From: Prorocentrum cordatum
Taxonomy: Eukaryota
Direction of reading: 5' to 3'
NCBI GenBank assembly: GCA_963575745.1
Contig: CAUYUJ010000059.1
Coordinates: 434,001-498,000 of the forward strand
Length of the DNA stretch: 64,000 bases
The notes below the pieces were generated by a model that saw only the letters and a program-made list of their open reading frames with translations, was not told where the DNA came from and ran no database searches. Shown in pieces: positions 11,701 through 23,476 of the stretch. Position 1 is the first letter of the stretch; the number at the start of each line of letters is the position of its first letter. A program made the translations under genes and the position numbers.

Positions 11701-14345
11701 AGACCCGGGTTTGCCAGGACTCGGGTTCGCCATCGTTTTTTGACGACCGCGCCTCGGATTTTGACGAGGCGGAGTTTCGTGGGATGTCTGCAGCGGGAGG
11801 CCTCGTCAAAAAGCAGGCTCGGCCTCGTCATTTTTGTTGACGACCTCGTCGGGAATTTCCGAGTCCCCTGTACCCAGGTCTTACGTCCCCCTGATTCTTG
11901 GGGGTGAGCTTCCCTATGACGGCGAGCGTCTGCGCTGGCCACGCCAGAGTGTGCTCGGCCGCCTCCAGGACGAGGAGCGAAACTCCGCCCGGCCCTCGGC
12001 TGGGAGCCTCTGGCAGTCCGCGGGCGTGGACATGTCGCTGCCCATGCCAGCCTCCGCCTTTATACGTGATGCCGCCCTGGAGATGCCGGCCACCTCCATC
12101 TGCGGGAGCGGTTCATCCATCGCTCTCGCACGGATACCCTTGAACATTTCTCGAACGTCCTGCACCTTGGGGGCCGTGGGGGGGGGCACAGCTGCTGGTA
12201 TGTCTTCGCCTTCGCGTCCATGATGTCCCCCGGATGGTAGACCAGCTAAGGGCCCGCCACAATCTCCACGGGGGGGAGTGGTCCTTTCTTCAGCGATCTG
12301 CGCAGCATGCCGTTGGCCTCGGGCCCAACCACCCACGCACGGAAGTCGTTGATGGTCGACAGGACTGCAAGCCTCTGGGCACGCTGCATGATCTTCTTCG
12401 CGGCGTGGGCGAATGACTCCACAACCGCTAGATGGAATTGACACTGGTTCTCAAGGATGCGGAGCCACTCACCCCATGGGGGGCCACGGCCTTCTCTCAG
12501 CACCATGTGGGCACCGTCTGGTCCGTCCCCTGCTGCCTTCTTCGCCGCGATCTGGTACTGCTCCAGCTGGTGCCGCCCGTTGTCTCTCTGGCGGTGCCTG
12601 CTGATCCCTGCAACAATGGTGTGCACCTGGGTCCACCACTGAGCGCGCTGGTCTCGCAGGTGGACTCGTCGCCTGTGGGCTGCCTGTCCGGCTGGGCCCT
12701 CCTCGGATCGTGCGCCCTGCGCACGGCGAACACGAGGGAGGGCCACTCCATGGTGTCGAGTGACGTTGAGCTCGACTGTGGAGACCCAGGCGGCATACAT
12801 ACCCGAAACAAGGAGAGCGCGCGAGGCTTCGAGCCTAGATGCTACGGAACCGAGCAGCGAGGGGAGAGGGAATGGGCGCAGCTTTGTCCCGAGGCGAATC
12901 TCATCTCCTGTCGGCTCTCAACCAACAGTTGGCTGGGGATAGCAAACGCGGGCGGCAATGGCGATTCACCTCCAGGGACTTGTAACGGATTGGGCCCAGG
13001 GTCGGCATCTTGGGTAAATTGCCGTTCAAATTCATCGTGTATAACGCTGTCTTTATTTGAGGAGGACTGGCTCGAATTGGGGGGTGCTACACTGCTCCTG
13101 CGTCTGGCCAGATTTCAGCTGCATCTCCTGGGCACGCGCACTCACGCCCACCTCCGAGCTTGGGTCGGGGAGGACGGGATGTGACGGGGAGGAGAGGGCG
13201 TTGCTCAACGCCCCGTCATCGCAGAAATTGAGCTGGCCTGCCCACGGGTCGTCCTCTTCGTCGGGCCAACAACCGAGAGATTCATCGACCTCATCGGGAG
13301 GAGCCTGACCTACATCCTCCACCGACGACGGGACCCCAGGGCTTTGAAAGCAACCCGCAAACATTTCGTGAAACCTAGGCCCGCGAGCCTCCAGAGCCTC
13401 TTGCTGAGCAACAGCCTGGTGGGCCCGAGACAAACTTGACTTGGAGCCAGACGTGGGCTCTCCACGTGGCCAGGGGGCTCGAGGGGGCCTCGGGGAGACC
13501 ACGAGAGAGCGGGTGAGAAGTTGGAGGCCAGAGCTGCGGAATTCCAGAGCAAGGCCTTGGTGGGGCTTCCACGGGACAGACCTCACAGCGCTGATTGTCT
13601 TCAAGAACGGCATGGCCTCGGGGCTGCACACAACGTAGTCGAGCACTCTGTCGCGCCCCTGGGCGTTGGCGGAAGTGCCCCCTGTGCTTGCCGTGCGTAT
13701 GATACCATTCAGCTGCTGAAAAAAACGCGAGGCCTGCAAAGTGTCGGGCCCCTTATTGAAGTGACCAACTACGAGCCACGGAAGCCGCACCGCCTGGAGC
13801 AAACCCCCAAGGCGGTGAAACTTGACTTTGTTGTGGCCAGTCACCATGATGCTGGACAGTGCATATAGTACAACCACAATGATTGAGTAGCCTGCCACGT
13901 GTAGCACCAAGGGGAGGAAGCCGTCGAGGCCGACCTGGCCTGCCTCGCGGAGGTGCCCAGCAGCAACCCGCGCCTCTGACAAGACGTGCGCCTGGAGGTG
14001 CTGCTGGGCCACGAAAAGCTCGCCACCCGCGTTCGCCCTCTCCTCGTACCCGGCTGCCACTGGTCCGGCAGAGGGTGGGGCTGCGTTGCTGTGAAGTCGA
14101 AGGTGAGCGTCCCTCGCCTTCTTGTCCCATTCCCTGAGCTCGGACTCGTCGTGCATGCGAGTCTCAGCCCAGGCCCAATAGTCGCACTTGCAATAATTTG
14201 ATTGGGTGTATTGCCACACCTTGGTGGTGAAGGCCGTGGCACTAGCGTAGAACAACGTCGTAGTGCCCTTGGTGTGGTGGTGGTCTTCTACTGATAGTCA
14301 AGCGGCGGCGGCGAGCGTCGAGCCGGCGGACCTCGTGGCCCTCAC
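8719..14345 (-). mobile_element. 5'-truncated, decayed non-LTR retrotransposon (LINE-A): APE endonuclease, RT, CCHC region, RNase H, C-terminal Cys/His domain
   Basis: APE at about 13550-14255 (FYASAT, WAETR, PWLVVGHFN, RVLDYVVCS, WKPH); RT at about 10900-11750 (LDTATFYDSI, VVQG, LWVGDV, YLDIDIG); RNase H at about 9300-9760 (RGEL, FATD, AHSH, GNAFVDELA); tail (TACTCC)3 then (CCT)n on the element strand. Frameshifted; 5' boundary approximate. Confidence 0.85.
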
Positions 14346-15220
14346 GAATGCAAAAGAAGCTTGGAACGAATGCAAAAGAAGCCCGCCGCAGGCGCCGAAA
14401 ATTTTGGGTGGGTCGCGGGGTGGGTCGCGGGTGGGTCGCGGGTGGGTCGCGGGTGGGTCGCGGGTTGGTCGCGGGTGTGTCGCGGGGTGAGTCGTGGGTT
14501 GGTCTCGGGGTGGGTCGCCAGTGGGTCGCGCGTGGGTCGCCGATGCAAAAGAAATCCGCCGCAGGCGCCGACGTTTTGGCTTGTTCAGTGAACGTAGTTT
14601 GGATCGCGGGTGGGTCGCGGGCTCCCCATCTCCACCTGGAAGGAATTCAAAAACAGCCCGCCGCAGGCGCCGAAAATTTGATTTGTACACTGAACGCGGT
14701 TTGGGTCGCGGGTGGGTGGCAGGTTCTCCACCTGGAACGACCTGGAACGAATGCACAAGAAACCCGCCGCAGGCGCCGAAAATTTTGGGTGGGTCGCGGG
14801 GTGGGTCGCGGGTGGGTCGCGGGTGGGTCGCGGGGTGGGTCGCGGGTGGGTCGCGAGGCGGGTCGCGGGTGGTCGCGGGGTGGGTCGCGGGTGGGTCGCG
14901 GGTAGGTCGCCGGTGGGTCGCGGGTGGGTCGCCGGGGGGGTCTCGGGTGGTCGGGGGTGGGTCGCGGGTGGGTCGCGGGGTGGGTCGCGGGTGGGTCGCG
15001 AGGCGGGTCGCGGGTGGTCGCGGGTGGGTCGCGGGTGGGTCGCGGGTAGGTCGCCGGTGGGTCGCGGGTGGGTCGCCGGGGGGGTCTCGGGGTGGGTCGC
15101 GGGGTGGGTCGCGGGTGGGTCGCGGGTGGGTCGCGGGGTGGGTCGCGGGTGGGTCGCGGGTGGGTCGCGGGTGGGTCGCGGGGTGGGTCGCGGGTGGGTC
15201 GCGAGGCGAGTCGCGGGTGG
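14346..15220. repeat. (GGGTGGGTCGC)n 11-mer minisatellite with four interspersed CCGCCGCAGGCGCCGA units
   Basis: Dozens of tandem 11/12-mers; spacer units at 14382, 14556, 14657, 14763. Confidence 0.92.
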
Positions 15221-16257
15221 GACGACGACAACAACAAAAAACAATCAGCCTCAACAACAAAAATCCGCATCGCGGAATTCCACTTCAGCCACGCACCCAG
15301 GGACAGTGAATGACCGTTCGGTTCAGCCCCCTCACTCTGATAAAGACGAGGATTGTCGATGTGAATGGACATGAGCGTTTCGCCTGGGGCATCCCGAAAA
15401 AGTAAGATGTCGAACGAGGTGTTGTAGTACCTCTGCTCATCAAAAATAGCGCTTTCGCGAGGGACATCTTCAGAAAGTGAGCAGAAGCACGGCAGACCAA
15501 CACGACCAGCACGGCAGATGAGGCCCCATTTCGTTGGGGACATCTTCAATCAAACGATTTGGTCTCAACATCGTCTTCGTATCGTCCTTGAATTTGTAAA
15601 GTTGAAGAACAAGAGCCCCAAAGGACCCGAGGATGGCTCCAGGAGCGCCCTGCAGACTGCCGAACATGACGATTTCGCTAGACATCTTCAAAACATGACA
15701 TGACGACATCGCTAGGGACTGCTGAACATGACGATAACATATGTTTGAAAAATGTTGGTCGAACATCGTCTTGGAATCGCCTTCGAAAAGGCGTCAAGAC
15801 GACCGAAATTGGCCCTTCTAAAAACGGTAATGTCGCTAGGGACATCCCTAAAAAGGAGATGTGTCTAGCATCGCATTTGAACCATGCTTGATGGCATAAT
15901 ATACGGCCCCAAAGACCCAAAAGCTAGCTTCAGTATGACCCCAAGAGCGCCCTCAAGACGACCGAGAACGACAGTGTCGCTAGGGACATCCTCACCGACT
16001 AAGAATTCACCAGCGCTGGTTTCAGCAAAAACAAGCGTTTCGCCTGAGACATCCTCCAAACGCGCATACTGGAGGATCCGCCCTGCGACGATGCTCCCAA
16101 CAAGTGCGGCTCTGGCTGCAGACATCATCAGGAGCATGATACGTTGCAATTGCTTGCGAATTCTTCGTTTCTTTAAAAGAGAGGCTCTCGCTGCCGACAT
16201 CCTCGAAAAAATGCAGCTCTAGTTGAGGTGTTTTCGACGCTATCTATGTAAAGATGA

Positions 16258-17815
16258 AGCTCGTGCTGGTCTGCCGTGCTGGTGTGCCGTGCTGCCGTGG
16301 TTTGTTATGGTCGTGTGGTCTGCCGTGCTGGTCAGCCGTGCTGGTGTGGGCTGCCATGTTCTTGTGGTCTGACGTGTTGGTCTGCCGTGCTAGCCTGCCG
16401 TGCTGGTCTGCCATGCTGGTCTGCCGTGGTGCTATGGTCTGCTATGCTCGTGTGGTCTGCCGTGCTGGTCTGCCGTGCTGGTCCGCTATGTTCGTGTGAT
16501 CTGCCGTGCTTGTCTGCCATGCTGCTGTGGTCTGCCATGCTCTTGGGGTCTGCCGTGCTGGTGTGCCGTACTGGGTTGCCGTGTTGGTCTGCCGTGCTGT
16601 GGTCGTCTGCTATGCTCGTGTGGTCTACCGTGTTGGTCTGCTATGCTCGTGTGGTCTTCCGTGCTGGTGTGCCGTGTTGGTGTGCCGTGCTGTTGTCCCC
16701 TGCTATGATCCTGTGGTTTGCCGTGCTGGTCTGCTGTTCCGGTCTGCCGTGCTGTTGTGGTTTGTTATGGTTTTGTGGTCTGCCGTGCTGCTCCGCCATG
16801 CGGATCGTCTGCTGCGCTGGTCTGTCGTGCTGGTCTGCCATGCTGCTGTGGTCTGCTATGCTCCTGTCGTCGGCCGTGCTTGTCTGCCGTGCTGCTGTGG
16901 TCTGCTATGCTCCTGTCGTCTGCCATGCTGGTCTTCCGTGCTGCTGTGGTCTGCCATGTTGGTCTGCCGTGCTGGCTTTCCGTGTTGGTATGTCGCGTTT
17001 CTGTGGTCTGTTGTGTTCCTGTTGTTTGCTGTGCTGCTGTGGTCTATTATGCTCCTGTGGTCTGCCGTGTTGCTCTGCCGTGCTGCTCTGCCGTACTGCT
17101 GTGGTCTGCCGTGCTGCTGTGGTCTGCCGTGTTGGTCTGCCGTGCTGGCCTTCCGTGCTGGTCTGTCGTCTTGTTGTGGTCTAGCATGCTCCCCTGGTCT
17201 GCCGTGCTGGTCTGCTGTGCTGTTGTGGTCTGCCATGCTCCTATGGTCTGCCGTGCTGGTCTGCCGTACTGCTGTGGTCTGCCGTGCTGCCGTGATCTGC
17301 CGTGCTGGCCTGCCGTGCTGTTGTGTTCTGCTATGGTATCGTGATCTGCCGTGCTGGTCGGCCGTGCTGGTTTGGTCTGCGATGCTCCCGTGGTCTGCCG
17401 TGCTGGTCTGCTGTGCTGGTCTGCCGCGCTGGTCTGCTGAGCTGGTCTGCCGTTCCGCTGTGGTCTGCTATGCTCTCGTGGTCTGCCATGTTCACGTGGT
17501 TTGCCGTGCTGGTCTTCCGTGCTGCTGTGGTCTGCTATGCTCCTGTGGTCTGCACGCAGCCCGCACGCACACCGTACTCCCCCCCCCGCCCGCCCACCCA
17601 GCACACACGCAGCACGTACACGCAGCAGTCCACAGCAGCATTGTTGGCAGCACCAGAGACCATCACGGCACACCACAGGGGCACGGCAGACAAGCACGGT
17701 AGACCACGGGAGCACGGCAGACCAACACGACAGACCGCAGCAGCACGGTTGACCAGCGCGGCAGACCACAGCAGCACGGCAGACCAACACGACAGAACAG
17801 CGCAGCAGACCAAAG
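16258..17815. repeat. (GGTCTGCCGTGCT)n 13-mer minisatellite with an inverted arm
   Basis: Direct array to about 17555; reverse-complement units AGCACGGCAGACC at about 17620-17815 and 15487-15518. Confidence 0.9.
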
Positions 17816-18701
17816 CAGTTGATCCGATGGGATCTGTGTTGGTCGTGTGCGATACGTTTCTGAGTTTCTTTGACGTTCTCAACCTGACGTTGTCTGACAA
17901 GCTTCGTGGACAGAGTTGCGCTTCCCGTTCTTGTCTGGTCAGGTTTCTGAAAAATTGCCGTTTCGTTCCAATCGGCCCCGGAGGGGATTCCGAATCGATT
18001 TCGTCGTCGAATCGCTGCCAGAGGGATTTCGAATGGCCCAAGGGAGGCCCAAAAGACGCCCCGGAGGGCCCCTGGCGCGCCCAAGAGCACCCCAAGAGGA
18101 CCCCAAGAGACCCCCAAGAGCGGTCGAGGAGGCACCCGCTCACAAGAACACCAAGACGGCCCAAGACGGGCCAATAGGGCCCCAAGAGACACCCGGAGGC
18201 CCCGAAACGGCCCAAGAAAGTCCCAAGACGGCCTAAGATGGCACCGAGACGGCCCAAGAAAGTTCCCGAAGAACCCCACGACGCGCCCAGACAGCCCAAG
18301 AATAGCCCAGAAGCCCACAAGAGGACATAAGAGGCCCCCAAGAAGCTCCCAACAGGCCCCAAGACAACCCCGCGCGGCGCCAGGAGCCCCCAAGGTAGCC
18401 CGATAGGGTCACCAGGACCCTCTCCTGATGCAACGTCCTTCTCCAATTGCCTCTTACTGTCCTCCGTTGTCGTCGTCATCGTCCTCCACATTCCTCCTCG
18501 TACTCGCCCTCGTTCTCTTCGACCTCGTCCTTGTGCCCACTTAGCCCTTAGCCCATTGGACTAAAGCGGCGCTCTTCCCGTTCTTGTCCGATCAGGGTTT
18601 CCAGAGGGGGGGCCCCCCTCTCGTTCTGGGGGTGGGGAGGTGGGTTGACCCCCCCCGTTGCCAGCAGCGTTGGAAAGCGTTCTTTCAAAGTCATGTCTCA
18701 G

Positions 18702-19151
18702 GCTGACATGATGAACATGCTCGACACGAACGAGGGCCTCAAGAGTCGCATACAGCACTTCTTGGAGTTCCCCGATTGGAAGACCAAGGACTGTGTTGCG
18801 TGCTTCAAGGCGAAAGCACGCGACGAGAATTTCGCGTTTGATGGCGCAGCTGTCGACGCAGCTATCGATGCCGTCCTCGCCAAGGGCTTCCAGAAGCTGC
18901 TCCCGCTCAAGGGTTGGGGGAATGCGCGGGACGTGCAGAAGGTTTGGGAGATGGCCAAGCAGGTTCGGGCCGATCGTGTCATCAGAGCTGGCGCTGACCA
19001 TGACGGCGATAAAACGCTCGAGGAAGCCGACGTCAAGTTCGCCATTGATCGGCTCATTGCAGCACGGATGGGAAGCGGGGGCATGTCTCGTGACACTTGT
19101 GACGATTCCGACCCATTCGAGGCTCTCGATAAGTTGTATCGCATGGAGCAG
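18702..19151 (+). CDS. Exon B of the AAA+ ATPase (second half of module 3)
   Basis: TCTCAG|GCT acceptor, GAGCAG|GTGAGT donor, 150 codons, motifs GLKSRIQHFLEFPDW and GWGNARDV. Confidence 0.9.
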
Positions 19152-19620
19152 GTGAGTCGAACCCAAAGGCGTTATTAACCCCACTCGTGTATTTCGCGCC
19201 GTCCCTCTAATGCGGGAAACTATTGAGGAGTCCGTGTGATGCGAATCCGTTCTGAAATACATGTAAGTATGATTGCAAATAAGTTGTAAGTATACGCATC
19301 ATTTTTGTTGAATCGAATGCGCGTCAAATGTGAGCCGCATGTCATTCGGCTCGCATTTGAATCAATTGTGTAAATCAGATATACATGGTTGTCGGTGCCT
19401 CTTGGGGAGCCTCGTGGTCTCGGGGCCGTTTTGAAGCTGCTGCGGGCTGTCCTGGAGCTGGTCATTTAGCCTTTTGAGGCCTTTTGGGGAGCCATTTTGG
19501 CATCGTCAACAGCAGTTGGCGAGTAGATTGAACGGACACCCAGAGTTATCAATAGTCGTTGTTTCTCTTAACAAAGCGGTGGTGATAGGGAGGCGCAGGT
19601 TTGGATGGTTGTCCTCGCAG

Positions 19621-21090
19621 GTGAAGGAGAAGCTGGAGCAGCTGCAGGCCACGCACAAGATCGCTCTGAAGGACGGCGAAGATCCGCCGCCTGTCGGCCA
19701 CTTCGTTTTCTCCGGCGCCCCCGGGACCGGGAAGACGACGGTTGCCCGCGCGACCGCCAACATTCTTTTCAGGTTGGGATTGATCAACCGAAACAATGTA
19801 GTGGAGACGTCGGGCTTGAAAATGACAGGGCAGTACGTAGGCGAGACGAAGACAAAGGTCGATGAGCAGTTGAACAAGGCCAGTGGTGGCGTTCTCTTCA
19901 TCGACGAGGCCTACGAGTTGGGCAAGGGCCAGTATGGAAGCGAAGCTTGCTCAGCACTAGTCGCTGCGATGACAGATCCGCAATACGACGGCTTAGTGAT
20001 CATCCTCGCGGGGTACAAGGCCGACATGGACCAGATGCTCAACACGAACGCAGGCCTGAAAAGTCGCATCCAGCATTTCATGCCGTTTCCAGACTGGACA
20101 TCGAGGGATTGCGTGAGTCATTTCTTGAGGAAGGCGAAGGCGGGTGCTTTCACATTCGAGTGCGGCTCCGAGACAATCGAAGGGATCTTGAGCAAGGGTT
20201 TCGAGAAGTTGTTGCCGCTGGACGGTTGGGGCAATGCCCGCGACGTCGAGAAGGTGTGGGAAGCTGCCAAGCAGTCTCGGGCTCGACGTCTAACAAGCGA
20301 GGATGGCGATGTTGGCAAGTCATTTGCCGATGTTGACATCCGAGCAGCAATTGACAGTCTGATCGACATGAGGATGGGCACCGCTGGCACCAAGCACGAC
20401 AGCGGCGACAAATCTGATCCGTTCGACACATTGAAGAAGTTGTACCGGATGGAGCCAGTGATACGGAAGTTGAGGCAGTTGGAGGACACGTACATCATGG
20501 CGAAGCGCGAAGGGGACGACGCGCCACCTTTAGGACATTTTGTTTTCGTCGGCAACCCTGGGACTGGAAAGACCACTGTCGCTCGTTCTGTGGCTGGCAT
20601 TCTGTTCCGCATGGGACTCATCGCCCGAGATATCGTGGTCGAAACTTCGGGTCTCAATTTGACGGGCGAGTATGTCGGTTCCACTAAGAAAAAAGTCGAA
20701 GGGGAGCTCGACAAAGCGAAAGGTGGAGTCCTCTTCATCGACGAAGCCTACGAATTAGGTAAGAGCCACTTCGGTATTGAAGCTTGTTCTGCCCTCGTCG
20801 CTGCAATGACAGACCCGAAGTACCTTGGCGTTGTCATCATCATCGCCGGCTACCGCGCCGAGATTTCTGACATGCTTGACACGAATCCTGGGTTGAAGAG
20901 CCGTTTCAATCATTTCATGGAGTTTCCCAACTGGGAGCCCAGCGATTGCGTCGACTTGTTCCAGAAGCGCGCATCCCACGGCAGTTACGACGTTGATCCA
21001 GAGGTGCAGGGCATCTTGGAGGCGGGTTTCGGGAAGCTCGTGGGGCTGGACGGCTGGGGCAACGCGAGGGACGTCGACGATATTTGGAAG
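19621..21090 (+). CDS. Exon C of the AAA+ ATPase (modules 4 and 5)
   Basis: CGCAG|GTG acceptor; junction LYRMEQ|VKEKLEQL matches LYRMESVREKLQQL in exon A; Walker A at 19714 and 20551; donor TGGAAG|GC at 21090/21091; 490 codons. Confidence 0.9.
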
Positions 21091-21563
21091 GCTCAGGGGA
21101 GGAAACCACACAGTGCCATTTTTAATACATGCTCCGCGTGCGGAGCATGCATTAAAGATAAAGGGTTGATTAATAAGTACAAGGATGAGTTTATGCATTA
21201 ATTTATTCATAAATTAATGTTGTATGAAAAATCCGATATGTTTAAACATCCTATGTATTAAACACTGCCCTGTACCGGTACCGCTGCCTCCTCGTTGCGC
21301 CACGGCTGGATTCGCCTCCAGCTCATGGTCAGAGCCCGGGTCACCCGCAGGGGCACGAAGGCCCTCGCGGTTCGCGCATCGCGGCCTGGGGTCGGCGAGG
21401 CGCCCTCCTCCAGGGCGGCGGCTCGGGTGCGCGAAGAGACGGCCGCGCGGCGCGCCTCGCGGGGCGCGCTGCGCGGAGGTAGGCGACCTGGAGGACGCAG
21501 CTGGCGAGAGGCCTGCGGAGTGACGGCCCCTGGTGCCTCTCTGCCCCCCCGCCCCCCAGAGAG

Positions 21564-21662
21564 GCGGCCCTGCGCGAGCGGGCCACGCGCGTCGTTCGCC
21601 TGCCAGAGGGGGCCGCGGAGGCGCGGACGCTGACGCCGGCCGACGTGCGGCCGGCGCTCGAG
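21564..21662 (+). CDS. Exon D of the AAA+ ATPase (end of module 5 helical lid); absent from ORF track
   Basis: GAGAG|GCG acceptor; AALRERATRVVRLPEGAAEARTLTPADVRPALE aligns with module-3 MAKQVRADRVIRAGADHDGDKTLEEADVKFAID; probable GAG|GA donor (alternative GT at 21683). Confidence 0.8.
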
Positions 21663-21664
21663 GA

Positions 21665-22075
21665 TCGGGACGCTGGAAGCAGGTACGGAAAGCATGGGTC
21701 TACGCCTCCTAGATGGGGTCGGAGCAGATGGGGTCGCAGGATCGCGCCGCATCGACGATGCATCGCCGATGCGGCTCGATGCGGAGCCCGATTTTCCCCA
21801 CGCTGACGTCGCCGATGCATCGCCAGTGCATCGCCGATGCATCGGCGATGTATCGCCGATGCGGCGCGATCCTCCAACCCCATCCACTCCGACCCCATCT
21901 AGGAGGCCTCTAATGGGTGCGAAGACTGACAGCAGTTCCTGTCCGTCTTGAACACGATTCGTTGTCGGTGTCACCGCGGACGTTGTCCAGTTGAGGATAA
22001 AACCCGCCTGCCCAACAGCGGCCGCTGGGACTGTTGGACAACATGTGCTGTTGGTATCGTACAGTTGAAATCAAC
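21665..22075. mobile_element. Degenerate MITE family 4 copy interrupted by a palindromic MITE
   Basis: GGTACGGAAAGCATGGG [insert] TGCGAAGACTGACAGCAGTTCCTG...GCCTGCCCAACAGCGGCCGCTG, shared with 34748-34966; right end approximate. Confidence 0.6.
21699..21912. mobile_element. Palindromic MITE (family 5)
   Basis: GCCTCCTAGATGGGGTCGGAG (21704) / CTCCGACCCCATCTAGGAGGC (ends 21907), long internal symmetry, 5-bp TSD ATGGG. Confidence 0.8.
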
Positions 22076-22089
22076 GATAAGGACGCGTA

Positions 22090-22276
22090 CCCATCGGTCG
22101 TTGAAAGTAGGTATTCTTGGATTCCCAGAACCCAATCTACTTTGAGGGCTTTCCTAATTACTTGAAGAGTCGAGCGCTTGTCCTTCTTCCCTCGTCTCCA
22201 GGGGGTGGGCGGGAGCCCAATCTACTTCCAACGCCTTCCTACTCCATGTGTTTGCTCACTTCTTCCGACCGCTGGG
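22090..22276. mobile_element. MITE family 6, copy 1 (TA-flanked)
   Basis: TA|CCCATCGGTCG ... CGACCGCTGGG|TA; homologous to 46640-46822. Confidence 0.75.
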
Positions 22277-22452
22277 TAACGTTCTTGCCTCTTCGCCCTA
22301 CCCTTTTTACCATTTTCAGTGGCCGGCCCTGCTCGAAGAAAAGCTTCGGCATGCGGCGCCTAGGGGAGTTGCATCCTCATCGCGCAGCCTTACTATCAGT
22401 TGTGACTGCGCTCGCTACTTGAATCGCTTCGCTCATTCTGCCAGCCCGTGTT

Positions 22453-22621
22453 TCAGGAGGGGAAGAAACACACAGACATAATTAATCATCGATTCCCAAG
22501 AAAATATGCGAAAATATGGGAAATGGGGGGGAAACAAAAACCCAGAAAATATGGGAAAATATTGATATACGGGAATCCTGTCATTTGTGTGTATTTATCT
22601 GTGTGTCCCAGGGCCCCTTCA
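22453..22621. mobile_element. MITE family 3, copy 2
   Basis: Same sequence; perfect 5-bp TSD GTGTT (22448-22452, 22622-22626). Confidence 0.8.
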
Positions 22622-23153
22622 GTGTTGTGCCATCGCAGGCATTTGCCTGCGCGTTCGTGGCCTCTCGGGGCCTCTTGGATTTCGCTTGGGGGCCTCTTGT
22701 TGGGCCTCTCGTTGGGCCACCCGGGAGCCTCGTGAGGCCCCCAGGGGGCCGCCTGGGCTCTCGTGGGGTCCTCCCGGGGGCCTCTTGGGGCAGAAGGCTC
22801 GGACATTCGGTGGCTCGTGCTCACCGTCGTGGGCCTCTCTTGGGGCCGTCTTGGGGCCCTCTTGAGCGCTCTTGGGCGCCCCTGGGTCCGTCTCGGGGCC
22901 CTCTCGGGCTCTCTTGGGCCCACCTTGGGGGCGTGCGGGACCGTCCGGGGGCGATGCTGGAGGCCTCCCCGCACCCTCGAGGCGGGCCGGTCCCTCTACA
23001 GGAGGAATACTCAGAACCAGTCGAAAAGAGTAGTCTGGGGACGATCTTTCGTTCTTTTTCTTTGAGAGCATGTCTTGGATGTTTTCTAGCTGCTTTCCAT
23101 TTTTCGTCCGAAATCGCCCTGTAGGTGGACATGCCCGGCCCGACCTAACCGTA

Positions 23154-23410
23154 ATGGAGGATGATGATTAAAAAATGGCCGGGGGTCGTGTTCACGCGGC
23201 GGCGCCCGGGATGATGATTAGAAAAAACCGGCCCCGGGCTGGGAAACTATTTTTGTTCATCGTCCCCCCCCGCCGTCCTCGGGCGCGCGCCCCCCCCCGG
23301 TGACGAAACACCGCACAGGCGAGCCCTGCTTCTGAGCGTTCCCCCCCGGTGTGGGAAACTATTTGTTTCATCGTTCCCCCCTCCCTTTTGTCTTGATCGT
23401 CATCCCACAT
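23154..23410. mobile_element. MITE family 7 (TA TSD)
   Basis: TA|ATGGAGGATGATGAT ... ATCGTCATCCCACAT|TA; an empty-site version CTAACCGTACCCACTTCGGGCGCCCAGCA is present at 23881. Confidence 0.75.
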
Positions 23411-23476
23411 TACCCACTTCGGGCGCCCAGCACGCCGCCCCCCCATTCCTTGCACGCCGCCCCCCTCGCGCCCCCC

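Larger units (their letters stand above)
5565..18701 (+). other. 13.1-kb GC-AG intron containing an antisense LINE and satellites
   Basis: Joining 5564 to 18702 gives LAGYQ|ADMMNMLDTNEGLKSRIQHF, colinear with the unsplit module-4 sequence LAGYKADMDQMLNTNAGLKSRIQHF. Confidence 0.88.

Noticed and set aside
14382..14790. CRISPR-like repeat/spacer pattern
   Set aside because: Irregular spacing, spacers made of satellite, no cas genes, eukaryotic context.
16254..17702. Cys/Trp-rich ORFs resembling metallothionein or membrane proteins
   Set aside because: Translations of a 13-mer minisatellite that is open in several frames.
19490..19501. AGCCATTTTGGC, a 12-nt SL core in intron 2
   Set aside because: Both SL ends are missing and it lies in a GGCCATCTTGG-type repeat; likely chance.
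19474..21201. 575-aa ORF as a standalone gene
   Set aside because: Both ends run into introns; only 19621-21090 matches the AAA modules.
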